Shown: positions 25,938-39,730, numbered from the stretch's first letter. The stretch: DNA of 64,000 nucleotides from Mobula hypostoma (GCF_963921235.1 NC_086107.1:107324001-107388000), one strand, 5' to 3'. Translations and numbers: made by a program. The notes: generated from the letters alone by a model not told the origin.

Positions 25938-26149
25938 AACCCCGTTACATCACAGAATACACATCAGGAATGCTGCAGGCTCTCAGTTCCTGCACCAATA
26001 CGTGTATTTACGCCCTGACTCTGAGCAAATTCCAAGAGGAACTCAAGAATGCGGTGATATACCCACTGAATCTGATTTTGAAACTTATGAAACTTTAGAA
26101 ATAAATGCTGTAAAGTATTAAAGTTCGGCTGCTTTATGTTCCCAATTCA
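25938..26149 (+). pseudogene. Orphan 3' fragment of a class A GPCR (GPR139-like): TM7, helix 8, stop and short 3' UTR
   Basis: Translation PRYITEYTSGMLQALSSCTNTCIYALTLSKFQEELKNAVIYPLNLILKLMKL* (NTCIY as NPxxY equivalent, helix-8 FxEEL); AATAAA after the stop; flanked by TGAGAATAAGG repeats inside a LINE remnant. Confidence 0.8.
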
Positions 26150-27451
26150 TGAGAATAAGGCATGTCCTTGGTGGCGGAGGTCCTTAATGATGGACGTTGC
26201 CTTTCTGAGGCATCCCTCCTTGAAAATGTCCTGGATACTACGGAGGCTAGTGCCCATGTTTGAGCTGGCTAAGTTTACAACTCTCTGTAGTTTACTTCGA
26301 TCCTGTGTAACAGCACCCCGACCACCTCCATACCAGATGGTGATGCAGCCAGTTAGAATGCTCTCCACGGTACATCTGTAGAAATTTGCAAGTGTTTTTG
26401 GTGACATACCAAATCTCCTCAAACTCCTAATGAAATATAGCTGCTACCGTGCCTTTCACAGATGCCAACTGACCTGTTGAGATTTTCCTGGTAATTTCGT
26501 TCTGCTCTCTTTTCCCTCATATGATCATCCCCTCGTGCAAGCTTTATTAGTAGTTTATAGTAACTTCTATGTCGCAGAGTCATAGAGCACCAAAGCACAG
26601 AAACAGGCTCTTTGGCCCATCTAGTCCATGCTAGCCTGGTCTGCCTGGTCTCTTTTCCTTGTTGCCAGACTGTAGCATTCCAAATCTCTCGTCCATGTAC
26701 CCATCAAAGCTTCTCTTAAGAGTCACTATTGACCTTGCACAGTAGTGTAGCGGATGGTGTACTGTTACTACAGTGCCAGCGACCCGCATTCACTTCCCGC
26801 CTCTGTCAGTACGGAGTTTGTACGTTCTCCACGTGACCGTGTCAATTTCTTCCGGGTGCTCCAGTTTCCTGCCACATTCCAAAGGTGTATGGTTTAGGGT
26901 TAGTGAGTTGTGGGCACGCTATGTTGGCGCAGGAAGCGTGGCGACACTTGCACAATCCCTGCTGATTGCATTTGACGCAAACAGCGCATTTCACCATATG
27001 TTTTGATACCTTTATGTAAAGCTATGCATCATTGCTGTAAAACAACAAACTTCACGGTATTCTGCGTGTCAGCGATAATAAGCCTGATTCTGATTCTGAA
27101 ACAACACACACCAAACACTGCAGGAACCCAGCAGATCAGGCAAGATCTACGGAAGTGAATAAACAGTCGACATTTCGGTCCGAGACCCTTCTTCAGGACT
27201 GGAAAGGACACCAGGACAAAAAGTTGGTGGAGGGGAAGGAGGCTGGCTAGAAGGTGAGTGGTAAAAGTAAAGAGCTGGAGAAGAGGGGATCTGATAGGAG
27301 AGGAGAGCGGACCATGGGAAAAGGGGAAGGAGAGGGTGACCTGGGTGCAATTGGCAGGTGAGAGGAGGTAAAAGGCCAGACTGGGAATTAGAAGAAGAGG
27401 GGAGGGGGAGGGAAAAAATTACTAGAAGGAGAAATCGATATTCATGCCATC

Positions 27452-27664
27452 TGCAAACACGAGGAATTCTGCAGATGCTGGAAATTCAAGCAACACACAT
27501 CAAAGTTGCTGATGAACGCAGCAGGCCAGGCAGCATCTCTAGGAAGAGGTACAGTCGACGTTTCGGGCCAAGACCCTTCGTCAGGACATCCAGTGTCGTT
27601 GACTGTACCTCTTCCTGGAGATGCTGCCTGGCCTGCTGTGTTCACCAGCAACTTTGATGTGTGG
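27452..27664. mobile_element. Fold-back Penelope-derived mini-element nested in an older Penelope fragment
   Basis: Near-identical arms to 19565-19780 in the opposite orientation; hammerhead core on minus strand 27554-27587; TSD-like TTCATGCCRTCTG at 27441-27453 and 27665-27677. Confidence 0.85.
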
Positions 27665-28486
27665 TTCATGCCGTCTGGTTGGAGGCCAGCAAGACAGAAT
27701 ATAAGGTGTCGCTCCTGCAACCTGAGGGTGGCTTCAGCTTGGCACGAGAGGAGACCACGGACCAACAACGTCAGATTCTGATTCTAATTCTCAGTTTCCT
27801 CTCAAAGAATCTAGTCGACTAGTTCCATTCCCTAGGGGGAGAGTTGCCCGTTTCTGCCACTTTCTGGATACACGAAGTCGTCCCAAGTTCACAGTCAGAT
27901 TTGTTAGTATAGCTAGCAAGTAGATAAAAGATGATGAGAATGCGTGGAAAATACAAACAATGTAAGATTAATGTAGAACTAGTGTAAATGGATGGTTGTT
28001 AGTAGTAAGCGTGGACTCAGCTGAATGGTGCTGTGCCTCCACGACTGTCGAACTGCCAGGATGGAAATGAAATCTCACCCCAGGACAAGATGGATGGCGA
28101 GCTCTGGTATGAAGCGGTTAACACGCTGCTATTAATGCATGCCACAGGAGAGCTGGGCGAGTATTGACTGAGAGGAAGGATTAAGGGATGGAGGCAGGTG
28201 GAGAAGATTGAAGGGGGCTTGGAGCATGACGCCTCCTGGGTTGCAGGGATCAGTTGAAGGGAAGTACTCAGCAGGAATCAGTAATGTATGACGGGTGGAT
28301 AATCTGGTATTTTGCTAGAGAAATAACTATCAAGAACCTTGCTTAAAAGGCCGCACAAAGGCTATTTCAGAGAACTTGATACCGGAGAATTAAATTTAAC
28401 GCAAACGACACCTCTTGACTTTGATACTTCGATGTACGCGTGACAGATAAAACTAATCTTTATCGTTCTTTATCTGTCCCTCGCAG

Positions 28487-28518
28487 TAGCAGGCCACAGC
28501 GCACCCCCACTGACTCCG
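28487..28518 (+). other. Candidate 32-nt internal exon of an unidentified gene
   Basis: Pyrimidine tract TTCTTTATCTGTCCCTCGCAG, then a GC-rich 32 nt, then consensus donor CCG|GTAAGT; tandem CAG-TAG-CAG acceptors. Confidence 0.55.
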
Positions 28519-28894
28519 GTAAGTGGTTTCGACCTGACGAGTGAGGACCGTGACTTCAAGCTGCACTCTGGAGAACTGTAGCTGGGGTATTGTTGGTTCT
28601 TCTGGACGACATAGCATCATAGAACATTACAGCACAGAAACAGGTCCTTCAGCCCATCTAGTCTGTACTGAATTATTATTCTTCCTAGACTCATCAACTT
28701 ACACCTGGACCCCTCCATACCCCTCCCATCTATGCTCCTCTTATGGGAGGAACCCAGAGCACCTGGAGCAAACCAATAAGTTCATGGTGATTATACAAAC
28801 TCCTTACAGACAGTGGCGGGAATTGAACCCAGATCTTACAGCCGACTCTGTAATGTGTTACACTAACCATGCGTTACACAGTGTTGCAAGCACA

Positions 28895-29890
28895 GTACGT
28901 GTGCTTGCAACACTGTGTGTCCGACAGAGTGATCAGCAGCACTGGGGCTCCACAGGGGACTGTCTTGTCTCCCTTTCTCTTCACCATTTACACCTCGGAC
29001 TTCTGCTACTGCACAGAGTCTTGTCATCTTCAGAAGTTTACTGATGACTCTGCCATAGTTGGATGCATCAGCAAGGGAGATGAGGCTGAGTACAGGGCTA
29101 CGGTAGGAAACTTTGTCACATGGTGTGAGCAGAATTATCTGTGGCTTAATGTGAAAAACACTAAGGAGCTGGTGGTAGACCTGAGGAGAACTAAGGTACC
29201 GGTGACCCCTGTTTCCATCCAGGGGGTCAGTGTGGACATGGTGGAGGATTACAAATACCTGGGGATACGAATTGACACTAAACTGGACTGGTCAAAGAAC
29301 AATGAGGCTGTCTACAAGAAGGGTCAGAGCCGTCTCTATTTCCTGAGGAGACTGAGGTCCTTTAACATCTGCCGGACGATGCTGAGGATGTTCTACGAGT
29401 CTGTGGTGGCCAGTGCTATCATGTTTGCTGTTGTGTGCTGGGGCAGCAGGCTGAGGGTGGCAGACACCAACAGAATCAACAAACTCATCCGTAAGGCCAG
29501 TGATGTTGTGGGGATGGAACTGGACTCTCTGACGGTGGTGTCTGAAAAGAGGATGCTGTCTAAGTTGCATGCCATCTTGGACAATGTCTCCCATCCACTA
29601 CATAATGGACTGGTTGGGCACAGGAGTACATTCAGCCAGAGACTCATTCCACCGAGATGCAACACAGAGCGTCATAGGAAGTCATTCCTGCCTGTGGCCA
29701 TCAAACTTTACAACTCCTCCCTTGGAGGGTCAGACACCCTGAGCCAATAGGCTGGTCCTGGACTTATTTCCTGGCACAATTTACATATTACTATTTAACT
29801 ATTTATGGTTTTATTACTATTTATTATTTATGGTGCAACTGTAACGAAAACCAAATTCCCCCGGGATCAATAAAGTATGACTATGACTAT
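28895..29890 (+). mobile_element. Rex1/Babar LINE, 5'-truncated, open RT C-terminal frame (ORF 28869-29750)
   Basis: GAPQGTVLSPFLFTIYTSD, KFTDD, YKYLG RT motifs; 3' end AATAAAGTATGACTATGACTAT; the same 3' end recurs at 34981-35266. Confidence 0.93.
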
Positions 29891-32502
29891 CCATACTGCT
29901 GACTGTTAGATTTCTGCTGGACTTGAGGTCTCCATCTTCAAACACAGTTGGCCAAAGGCTGCTTTGACACAGCGAAGGTCTGCCTTTGGAGTCATAGAGT
30001 GCTACAGCACAGAAACAGATCCTTCTGCCCATCTAGTCCATGCCAAACTATTAGTAAGCCTAGTCCTATTGCATAGCCCTCTGTAACCCTCCCAACCATG
30101 TACTTATCCAAACTTCTCTTGAATGTAGAAATTGAGCCCACATCCAGCACTTCCGCTGGCAGCTCGTTCCCCGCTCTCCCCGCCCTCTGAGTGGCAAAGT
30201 TCCCCCTCATGTTCCCTTAGATATTTCACCTTTTACCCTTAATCTAAGACCTAGTCACGATTCAAGATTGTTTATTGCCATTTTTCAGTACATGGGTGTA
30301 AAAGAGAAGAAAATTATTGTTACTCTGGATCCAATGCAGCTTTAAAAAAAGCACAACAGGTATAAAGAACACAATCAAAAAGCATAATAAATATAAATAC
30401 ATAAGTTTAGCTTACGTGTAGAATGATCAGCCAACACCTCCATCCATTAACCCTCCCACCCGCACTCTCACACAACCCAACTTCTCACAGCCTCAGTGGA
30501 AAAAGTCTGGTTGCATTTACCCTTTCTACACCCGTCATAATTTTGAATGTGAACATATTAAGAAAGGTCTGTCAAATGGATTTGATCCTGCGGTCAGAAA
30601 CAGAGAAGGGATAAGCACAAGAGATCGTGCGGATGCTGGAAGCCCAGAGTAACACGCACAAAATGCTGGAGGAACTCAGCAGGTCAGGCAGCATCTTCGG
30701 AAAGGAATAAGGAACCATTTCCAACCAAGACCTTTCACATGGACTGGAGAGGTACGGGGAAGAAGTCAGAATAAGAAGCTAGAAAAAGGGGAAGAAGTAC
30801 AAGCCAGCAGTAATAAGGGGACCTGATGAAGGGGAAGGTGGGATTGTGGGGAAAGGGGGAATGAAGTGAGAAGCTGGGAAGTGATCGGTGGAAGGAATAA
30901 AGGGCTGAGGAAGAAGGAATCTGACGGGAGAGGAGAGTGGACCACGGGAGAAAGTGAAGGAGGGGCAACAGAGGGAGGTGATAGGCAGGTGAGGAAAGGA
31001 GAAGGGGCAACAGGGGAACGAGAGAGGGGAATGGAAAAGGAGATGAGGGGGTGGAGGGAGAGATTACTGGATGTTGGAGAAATCGGTGCTCGTGCCGTCC
31101 AGTTGGAGACTACCCAGATGGTGTTATTTGTTCAACTTGAGAGTTCAAATTTCAAAGTAAACATTATCAAAGAACATCTATGCCACCATATACAACCCTG
31201 AGGTTCATTTTCTTGTGGGTATACTGAATAAATCTGTAGAATAATCACCTTAACAGAATCAATGAAAGACTGCCCAACTAGGGTGTTCAACCAGTGTGCA
31301 AGAGTGAACAAACCATGCAAATACAAAAAGAAGAAATAATAATAATAAATAAATAGCAACAAATATTGAGAAAATAAGATTAAGAGTCCGTGAAAGTGAC
31401 TCCATTGGTTGTGGGAACATTTCAATGAAGGGGCAAGTGAAGTTGAGTGAAGTTATCCCTTTTGGTTCAAAAGCCCAATGGTTGAGGGGTTGTAAGTGTC
31501 CCTGAACCTGGTGGTGGGAGCCCTGAAGCCTAGTACATTCTTCCTAATGGCAGTAGCAAGAACAGAGCATGACCTGGCTGGTGCGGGTCCCTGATGATGG
31601 ATGCTGCTTTCCTGTGACAGCGTTTCATACAGATGTGCTCAATGGTTGGGGGTGCTTAACCTGTGATGGACCGGGCCGTATCCACTACTTTCTGTTGGAA
31701 TTTCCATTCAAGGGCATTGGTGTTTCCATGCCAGGCTGTGATGCTGCCAGTCAATATACTCTCCAACTCACATCGATAGAATCTGTCAAGTGGCCTCATC
31801 ACGGTGGTGGAGGAGGCCATGGATTGCCATGTCGGAATGGGAATAGGCAGTGGAATTACCTCCTCAGAATTCAAAGCTAATATGGACTGTTGCTGTTTGT
31901 GGGAGCTTTCTGTGCACACGGAAGAGTGCCTGTAATGAACTTCGGGGTGTGCTGAGGTCCTGAAGGATGCCACAGAAATGCAAATCTCTCTTTCTCTCCT
32001 TCAGCCTTTCTGTCAATTCCCCAGTGCAATGATATTCCCGCTGATGTTAACCAGCTAGTAGCTTCTGGCTGGTGGTGAGAACGGAGAGCTCACTCCCAAT
32101 GGCCATGCTTGAGACGAACAGAATAGATGTACCGAGAGCAGGCTGGATGGTCAGATAGAAGGGAAAGGAACGGAGGACAGAAATTGACAGAAACACTCAG
32201 CAGGTCAGGCAGCATCCGTGGAAACGGCGGCACAGTAGCGCAGTGGTTAGCACCCTGCTTTACAGTACCAACGACCCAGGTTCAATTCCTGCTACTGCCT
32301 GTAAGGAGGTTGCACGTTCTCCCTGTGGTCGCGTGAGTTTCCTCCGGGTGCTCTGGTTTCCTACCACAGTCCAAAGTCGTACCAGTTGGTAAGTTAATTG
32401 GTTATTGTGAATTGTCCCGCGATTAGGCTAGGGATAAATTGGGGTGGGGGGTGTTGCTGAGTGGCACAGCATGAATTAAATCTGATTGAGATGTTGGAAA
32501 TA

Positions 32503-33031
32503 CACTCAGTGTCCACTTTATTAGGTACACCTGCTGGTTAATGCAACTTTCCAATCAGCCGATCATGTGGCAGCAACTCAGTGCACAAAAGCATGCAGAC
32601 ATGGTCAAGAGGTTCAGTTGTTGTTCAGATCAAATATCAGAATGGGGAAGAAATGCGATCTGAGTGATTGACTGTGGAATGATTGTTGGTGCCAGAAGGG
32701 TTGATTTGAGTATCTTAGAAATTGCTGATCCCCTTGGATTTTCATGTACAACAGTCTCTTGAGTTTACAGAGAAGGGTGAAAAAAGCAAAAAATATCCAG
32801 TGAGCAGCATTTCTGAGGGTGAAAGTGCCTTGTTAATGAGAGAGGTCAGAGGAGAATGGCCAGACTGGTTCAAGCTGACAGGAAGGTGACTGTAACTCAA
32901 ATAACCATATTTTACAACATTGGTGTGCAGAAGAGCATCTCAATACGTTGAACCTTGAAGTGGATGGGCTACAGCAGAAGAAGACCACGAACATATACTC
33001 AGTAGGTCCCTAAAAGTGTGGCCACTGAATG
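32503..33031 (+). mobile_element. Non-autonomous Tc1-like element
   Basis: TA|CACTCAGTG start and GGCCACTGAATG end; same family as 23090. Confidence 0.85.
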
Positions 33032-33282
33032 CATAATGAGTGAAAAGGTATTTCTTTCACCAAACATAAACTATCATGGGAAATTAGGGAGAACTTTGGA
33101 TATGGTGCTGGGGTTCAGGTCTGAGATCAGTAGATTTGTTGTTAGTTAGAAATGATATGGAACATGAATGAGGCTGAGACTTGAAATCTTGGTCAGCATG
33201 GACTAGTTGGGCCGAAGGGCCTGTCTCTGCTGTATTTCTCTATGACTGGCACTCTCAGGGTGTCATTCTCAGGATGAAGGAG

Positions 33283-33504
33283 AAGAAGAAGAAGAAGAAA
33301 GCCCTTAACTCCGAGTGGAGTCATCGGGACGTTTTTGACGGCGTTTTTTTTTAGCAGGTTTTCCTATTTTTACAAAGCCGAGTTGCTAGTTCGACACTCA
33401 ACCCAGCACAGATGGAAAGCATGCAAGGGAGCCGGCTGGATTCGAACTTGGGAGCCTTCGCTCCGAAGTCCGGCGTTGATGCCACTACGCTACCAGCCGG
33501 CCTA
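33283..33504 (-). mobile_element. tRNA-derived SINE with (TTC)n tail and 13-bp TSD
   Basis: Minus-strand head GCCGGCTGGTAGCGTAGTGG...GTTCGAATCC (A/B boxes); TSD CAGGATGAAGGAG at 33270-33282 and 33505-33517. Confidence 0.85.
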
Positions 33505-35269
33505 CAGGATGAAGGAGGAACAACTCTTATTCTGTCAAGGTACCCATCAACAAGATGGCATGAACATCAATGTCTCCTTCCGGGAATTTTTTCCCTTCCC
33601 TTACCTCTTCTTCTATCCCCCACTCTGGCCACTTACCTCTTCTCCTCACCTGCCTATCACTCCTCCTGGTGACGCCCCTTCCCTTTCCCCTACGGTCCAC
33701 TCTCCTCTCCTATCAGATTCCTTCTTCTCCAGCCCGTTACCTTTCCCACATACCTGGCTTCACCTATCACCTTCCAGCTAGCCTCCTTCCCTCCTCTCGC
33801 CTGTTCATTCTGGTGTCTTTCCCCCTCCTTTCCAGTCCTGAAGATGGGTCTCGGCCCAAGGTGTTGACTGTTTATTCATTTCCATAGAGGCTGCTTGACC
33901 TGCTGAGCTCCTCCAGCACTTTATGTGTTACTCTGGATTTTTGGCATCTGCAGAATCTCTTGTGCTTATGACACCTCCAGTGCTGGGTAAGGGAAAGCGA
34001 CACCCTCATAAAGGCTGCCTTTTTTGATGCGATGTTAAGGCAAAGCTGTGTCTGTCCCTTTCGATAAGTATAACTAAACCTCATTTTGAAGAGCAGAATT
34101 CCACATTCAGTCCACAACCGTCATCAGTAAAACAGATTATCCAGTCAGCAATATTTTGTTGTCTGCGGAATCTTGTTTATTTATTTACTTAGCGAGTCAG
34201 TGCGGAATAGGCGCTTCTGGCCCTTCGAGCCGTGCTGTCCCAGCAACCTCACAACCCCGATTTAACCCTAACCTAGTCACAGGACAATTTACAATGACCA
34301 ACTAACCTGCCAGTACGTCTTTGGACAGTGGGAGGGAACCAGAGCACCTGGGGGGAAACCCACACATTGCAAGGGGGAGGATGTACAGAGACTCCTTACA
34401 GAACGATGCTGGAAGTGGACTCCGAACCCCGGGACGCCCCGAGCTATAATAGCGTCACGCTAACAGCTACGCTGCCACGGTGCCCGAATTTGTTGCGCAC
34501 GAGTGGCTGCCGTGTCTTCTACATGAAACATCGACTCCACCTGGGGGCCCTTCGCCTGGTGTAGAGCTCTTCAGACCCAGATTCAGCTTTATCAGTTGTG
34601 TGTACACCGAATCGTAGAGTGAAATGCATCATTTGCGTTGGCGACCAGCACACCAAAGGATATGCGTGGGGCAGCCCGCAAGTCTTCGCCACACATCCGG
34701 CGCCATGTCTGACATGCTCGGTAGAACAACACAGAACGCAACAACCGGCAAACCAAAACAAGCCCAGTCCCTCCCTCCTACCCACCCACGCACATACAGT
34801 CCTCTAACCCCTTGTTACCAGTCCTTGACCTCCGGCCTTGTGGATTCACAGACACTGAACCCGAGTCAGAATCAGGTTTAATATCTCCAGTCTATATCGT
34901 GAGATTTGTAGACTTTGTGGCAGCAATGAAATGCATACTAATAACGAAAAAAACTGCGAATTACGGTAAGTAAATACTGTATTCCTGCCTGTGGCCATCA
35001 AACTTTACAACTCCTCTCTTGAAGGGTCAGACACCCTGAGCCAATAGGCTGGTCCTGGATTTATTTCATAATTTACTGGCATAATTTACATATTACTATT
35101 TAACTATTTATTACTATTTTTCTATTACTATTTATTATTTCCATGACTATTACTATTTACTATTTAGATTTACTATTACTATTTCTATTAATTATTTATG
35201 GTGCAACTGTAACGAAAACCAATTTCCCCCGGGATCAATAAAGTATGACTATGACTACTATGACTATAC

Positions 35270-36156
35270 TACTACCTATAAAAAGTATTCACCCCCACCC
35301 CTTCCCGGAAGTTTTCCTGTTTTATTGTTTTACAACATTGAATCACAGTGGCTATAATTTCTTTTTTTTTGACCCTGATCAACAGAAAAAGACTTTCGTG
35401 TCGAGGTGAAAATAGATCTCTACAAAGTGATCCAAAATAAATTATTACAAATATAAAGTAGAACATAATTGATTGCATAAGTATTCACCCCCTTTTAACA
35501 TGACACACCAAATCATCACTGGTGTAGCCAATTGTTTTTAGAAGTCACATAATTAGTTAAATGGAAATCTGTTTTTGGAGACCTGTGTGCAGTCAAGGTG
35601 TTTCAATTGATTGTAGTAAAAATACACCTGTAACTGAAAGGTCCAACTGCTGGTGAGTCAGTATCCTGCAAACATTACACTTGAAGACAAAAGAACACTC
35701 CAAGCAGCTACATGAAATGGTTATTGAAAAGCACAAGTCAGCAGATAGATACAAGGAAATTCCCAAGTCACTGAATATCCCTCGGAGCACAGTTAAGTCA
35801 ATCATCAAGAAATGGGAAGAATATGGCACAGCTGTAAATCTGCTTCGTGCAGGCCGTCCTCGAAAACTGAGTGACCGTGCAAGAAGGGGACTAGTGAGGG
35901 AGGACACCAAGTTACCTGTGACATCTCTGGAGGAGTTACAAGCTTCAGTGGCTAAGATGGAGAGACTGTGCGTACGACTGTTGCCCGGGTGCTTCACCAG
36001 TCGCAGCTTTATGTGAGAATGACAAAGAGAAAGCCACTGTTGAAAAAACTCACATGAAATCTCGGCTAGAGTTTGCTAGAAGGCATGTGGGAGACTCTGA
36101 AGTCAGCTTAAAGATGGCTATATGGTCTGATGAAACCAAAATTGAGCATTTTGGCC
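35270..36156 (+). mobile_element. Tc1 (IR/DR-type) transposon, left end plus frameshifted transposase N-terminal half
   Basis: AAGTATTCACCCCC direct repeats at ~35282 and ~35479; ORF 35681-36016 MKTKEHSKQ...STVKSIIKKW...GRPRKL; downstream frame RKPLLK...WSDETKIE (first D of DDE); truncated after. Confidence 0.92.
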
Positions 36157-36331
36157 AAGTAATGAGGTTCGGTGTCCATACAGAAATCAGCTGGCAGAGA
36201 GGAAGAAGCTGTTCCTGAATTATTGAGTGTGTGCCTTTAGACTTCTGTACCTCCTCCCTGATGGTAGCAATGAGAACAAGGCATGACCTGGGTGTTGGAG
36301 ACCCTTAATGGTGGGCGCTGCCACCATTTTG

Positions 36332-36989
36332 ATTAGATTAGAGTATGAAGACACTCAGTCCTCGTTTATTGTCATTTAGAAATGCATGCATTAAAAAATG
36401 ATACAACGTTCCTCCAGAATGGTATCACAAGAAAACACAGGACAAACCAAGACTAAAACTGACAAAACCACATAATTATAATATATAGTTACAACAGTGC
36501 AAAGCAATTCCATAATTTGATAAAGAGCAGACCATGGGCACGGTAAAAAAAAAGTCTCAAAGTCCCGATAGACTCATCATCTCACGCAGGCGGCAGAAAG
36601 GAGAGACTCTCTCTGCCATGAACCTTCAAGTGCCACAAACTTGCTGATGCAGCACCATTGGAAGCACCCGACCGCAGCCGACTCTGAGTCCGTCCGAAAA
36701 CTTTGAGCCTCCAACACAGCCTCCCCAAGGACTATCCTCTGCTGAGTGGTGGCCGCCAAGCAACAAGCAAAGCCGAGGACTCGGGGCCTTCTCCTCTGGA
36801 GATTCCAGACCACACAGTAGCAGCAGCAGCGAAGCAGGCATTTCAGAAGTTTCACCAGATGTTCCTCCGTGCTCTCACGTCCATCTCCATCAGATCAGGA
36901 TTGTGCACGGCACCCTACTTGACAAATAACAGACATCACCACCGGAGTGGCTGCTGCGAGCTGCGTCACGCCGCCATCTTCTCCTCCTG
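36332..36989 (-). mobile_element. Non-autonomous LINE-related element, copy 2
   Basis: Minus strand starts AGGAGGAGAAGATGGCGGCG; colinear with 13695-14373. Confidence 0.8.
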
Positions 36990-38829
36990 CCTGAGGCATC
37001 ACTCCTAGAAGGTGTCCTGGATACTACAAAGGCTAGTGCCCATGATGGAGCTGACTGAGCTTACAAGTCCCTGCAGCTTACTTTGATCCTGTGCAGTAGC
37101 CATTTGCCCCCTCCCCGATCTCCCCACCCACCAGAGAAGGTGATGCAGCCAGTTAGGATGCTCTCCACACCACATCTATAGAAACTTGCAAGAACCTTTG
37201 ATGTCGTGCCAAACTCCCAATGAAAGATAGTCGCCGTCGTGCCTTCTTTGTAGCTGCATCGATATGTTGGGTCCAGGATAGATTCTCAGAGATGTTGACA
37301 GCAAGGAGCCTGAATTCGCTCACTCTTTCCACTTCTGATCCCTCTATGAGGACTAGTGTGTGTTCCCTCGTCTTACCCTTTCTGAAGCCCACAATCAGTT
37401 GTTTGGTCTTACTGACGCTGAATGTAAGGATTTTGCTGCGACACCACTCAACTAGCTGATATATCTCACCCATGTACGCCCTCTGAAACTCTGCCGACAA
37501 TAGAACTTGAGAAGAAATGGCAATGGAGGATGAGCCAAAAATCATACTGAACAGCAGAACAGCATTGAAGGCTCGAAAGCTCCAAACCTGCTCCTGTTTC
37601 CTGTATCAGATCTGCCCCCAGCTTCAGAGTCACAGAATACAGAGACACACGGGACTGCAGATGCTGGAATTTGGAGCTGCACAGGACAAAGTTGCAGGAA
37701 CTCCTTGCATCTGTGAAGGAAAATGACCAGACCAGATGAAGGGCCTCGACCTGAACTGTTGACTGCTCATACCCCTTCACAGATGCTACCCGACCCGCTG
37801 ACTTCCTCCAGCTTTTTGCGTGCCGGCAAAGTTGTCATTCTGTGAAGAGCCACTTAGTGAGGGCTGTCCGCTGTATGCTGACACGTCAAAATAACCAAAG
37901 TCAATATCGTTCAATAAATGCGACAAATGCCTTCTCGCTCGAGGTTCTGGAATCAGCACCTTTAAGTTGAAGTGATGTGAGGGATGGGGCACCGGGCTTG
38001 CAATGAATAACAGTTAGGGTAAGTCAGACACACAAACAATTTTCTGCAAACTCTAACTGGGTAAATAAAACCAACAATTCAGCACAATTCCCTCAGCAAG
38101 TCATCTTTCTGTTATCCGATAATGTAGGTTTTTCATTTTAATGACAGATTCTTTAACAAGAATAAATTAGCAGTTGTCTTTCACTTCCCTTCAGAAGATA
38201 AATCATATCTTTCCAGTCACTACCACTTGTAACTGAGAGATCTGATCACTGCTGGGCCCGGAGAATGTTACCCACGTTTGCTGCGTTTTGGACCTGGACT
38301 TAGATGATAGACTTTTTTTCCAGTCTCATAGTTTTTTTTTATACGCTATGCTTTTTGCCTGATTGTTCTTGTTTTTTAGTGTGCGGGGAGGGGGATTTGG
38401 AGATCAATGTGCCTGTTCCATTTTTGTACAGGGAGCAGGGGTTTGGGGGCTGATGATCGTGCTACAGTTCCTTTCTTTCTTGGTTTCATGGATAGCTGGA
38501 GAAGGCGAGTTCCAGGGTTGTGTACTTTGATAATAAAATGGACCTTTTGAACCACAGCTAATGACATCGCCTGCCCATTTTGGTGGGTCACTGTTCACCA
38601 GCTCAAGAAGATTGCTGCCTCCAGATCTCCTTCCTACTTTCCCCAGGACCTCTTATTCCTGTGTAAAACCCCCACTGTCTGCAGAACTCAGATCAAGAAG
38701 AGTTTCACATTTGATACGAAGGTCTTTGCTGAGAATATGTGGCTTTTGGTATCAACAATATCAAGAAATATTTAAATAAAATCTTTAACCTAAATGTTCC
38801 TTGGTGCATTTATCAGACAAAAGGACCAT

Positions 38830-39730
38830 TCCTACCATCCCACAAGTGTCTGCATCCAGCACATCTTCCTCCGTAGCCTCTGACTTCTTCAATGGAATCC
38901 TACCACTAAAAACCTCATCCCCTCTCTCCCCTGCCCCACTCATCCCCTCTCCCACCCTTCCCCCCACTCTCCACTTTCCCTAGGGATTCCCCTCTACATG
39001 ATTCCCTTGTACATTCGTTCCTCCCTACTGATCTCCCCCCTGGTATTTATCCTTGCCAGTGGGACAAGTGCTCCATCTACCCATATACCTGCTCTCCCAC
39101 CACCATTCAGGCTCCCAATCAATCCTCCCAGGTGAGGTGACGCTTCACCTGCAAGTCTGTCACAAGGTTATTTACTGTATCTGCAGGTTTTCACACTAGA
39201 ATTGAAACCTATTTTAATTCTGCTTCCCATTGTGGCATGTCAGATCATGAACCCCTCTACTGCCATCATGAAGCCACTCTCAGGTTGGAGGAACAACATC
39301 TCCTATTCCGTCTGGGTAGCCTCCAACCTGATGATATGAACATCGACTTCTCCAACTTCTGGAAATTTCTCTGCCCTCCCCCCCCCTCCCTTTTCCCATT
39401 CCCCGTTCTGGCTCCGCTCTTACCCCTTCCCTTCTCCTCACCTGCCTATCACCCCCTTCTGGAGCCCCTCCTCCTCCCCTTTCTCCCATGGTCCCCTCTC
39501 CCCTCTAATCAGACTCCGGTCTTCTTCAGCATTTTTACCTTTTCCACCTATCACCTCCCAGCGAGCCCCCCCACCTTCTCATACTGACTTCCTCCCCCTT
39601 TCTTTTCCAGTCCTGATGAAGGGTCTCGGCCCGAAACATTGACTGTTTTAGAAGCTGCCTGACCTGCTGAGTTCCTCCTGCATTTTGTGTGTTGCTCTGG
39701 ATTTCCAGCATCTGCAGGGTCTCTTGTGCA
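38830..39730 (+). mobile_element. Penelope-like element 3' fragment
   Basis: EATLRLEEQHLLFRLGSLQPDDMNIDFSNF GIY-YIG C-terminus (ORF 39237); hammerhead-like CAGTC CTGATGA A GGGTCTCGGCCC GAAACATT GACTG at 39608-39645; terminal tail. Confidence 0.85.

Noticed and set aside
33428..33501. tRNA-Arg(TCG)-like gene on the minus strand
   Set aside because: Anticodon and D stems pair poorly; it is the head of a SINE with tail and TSD.
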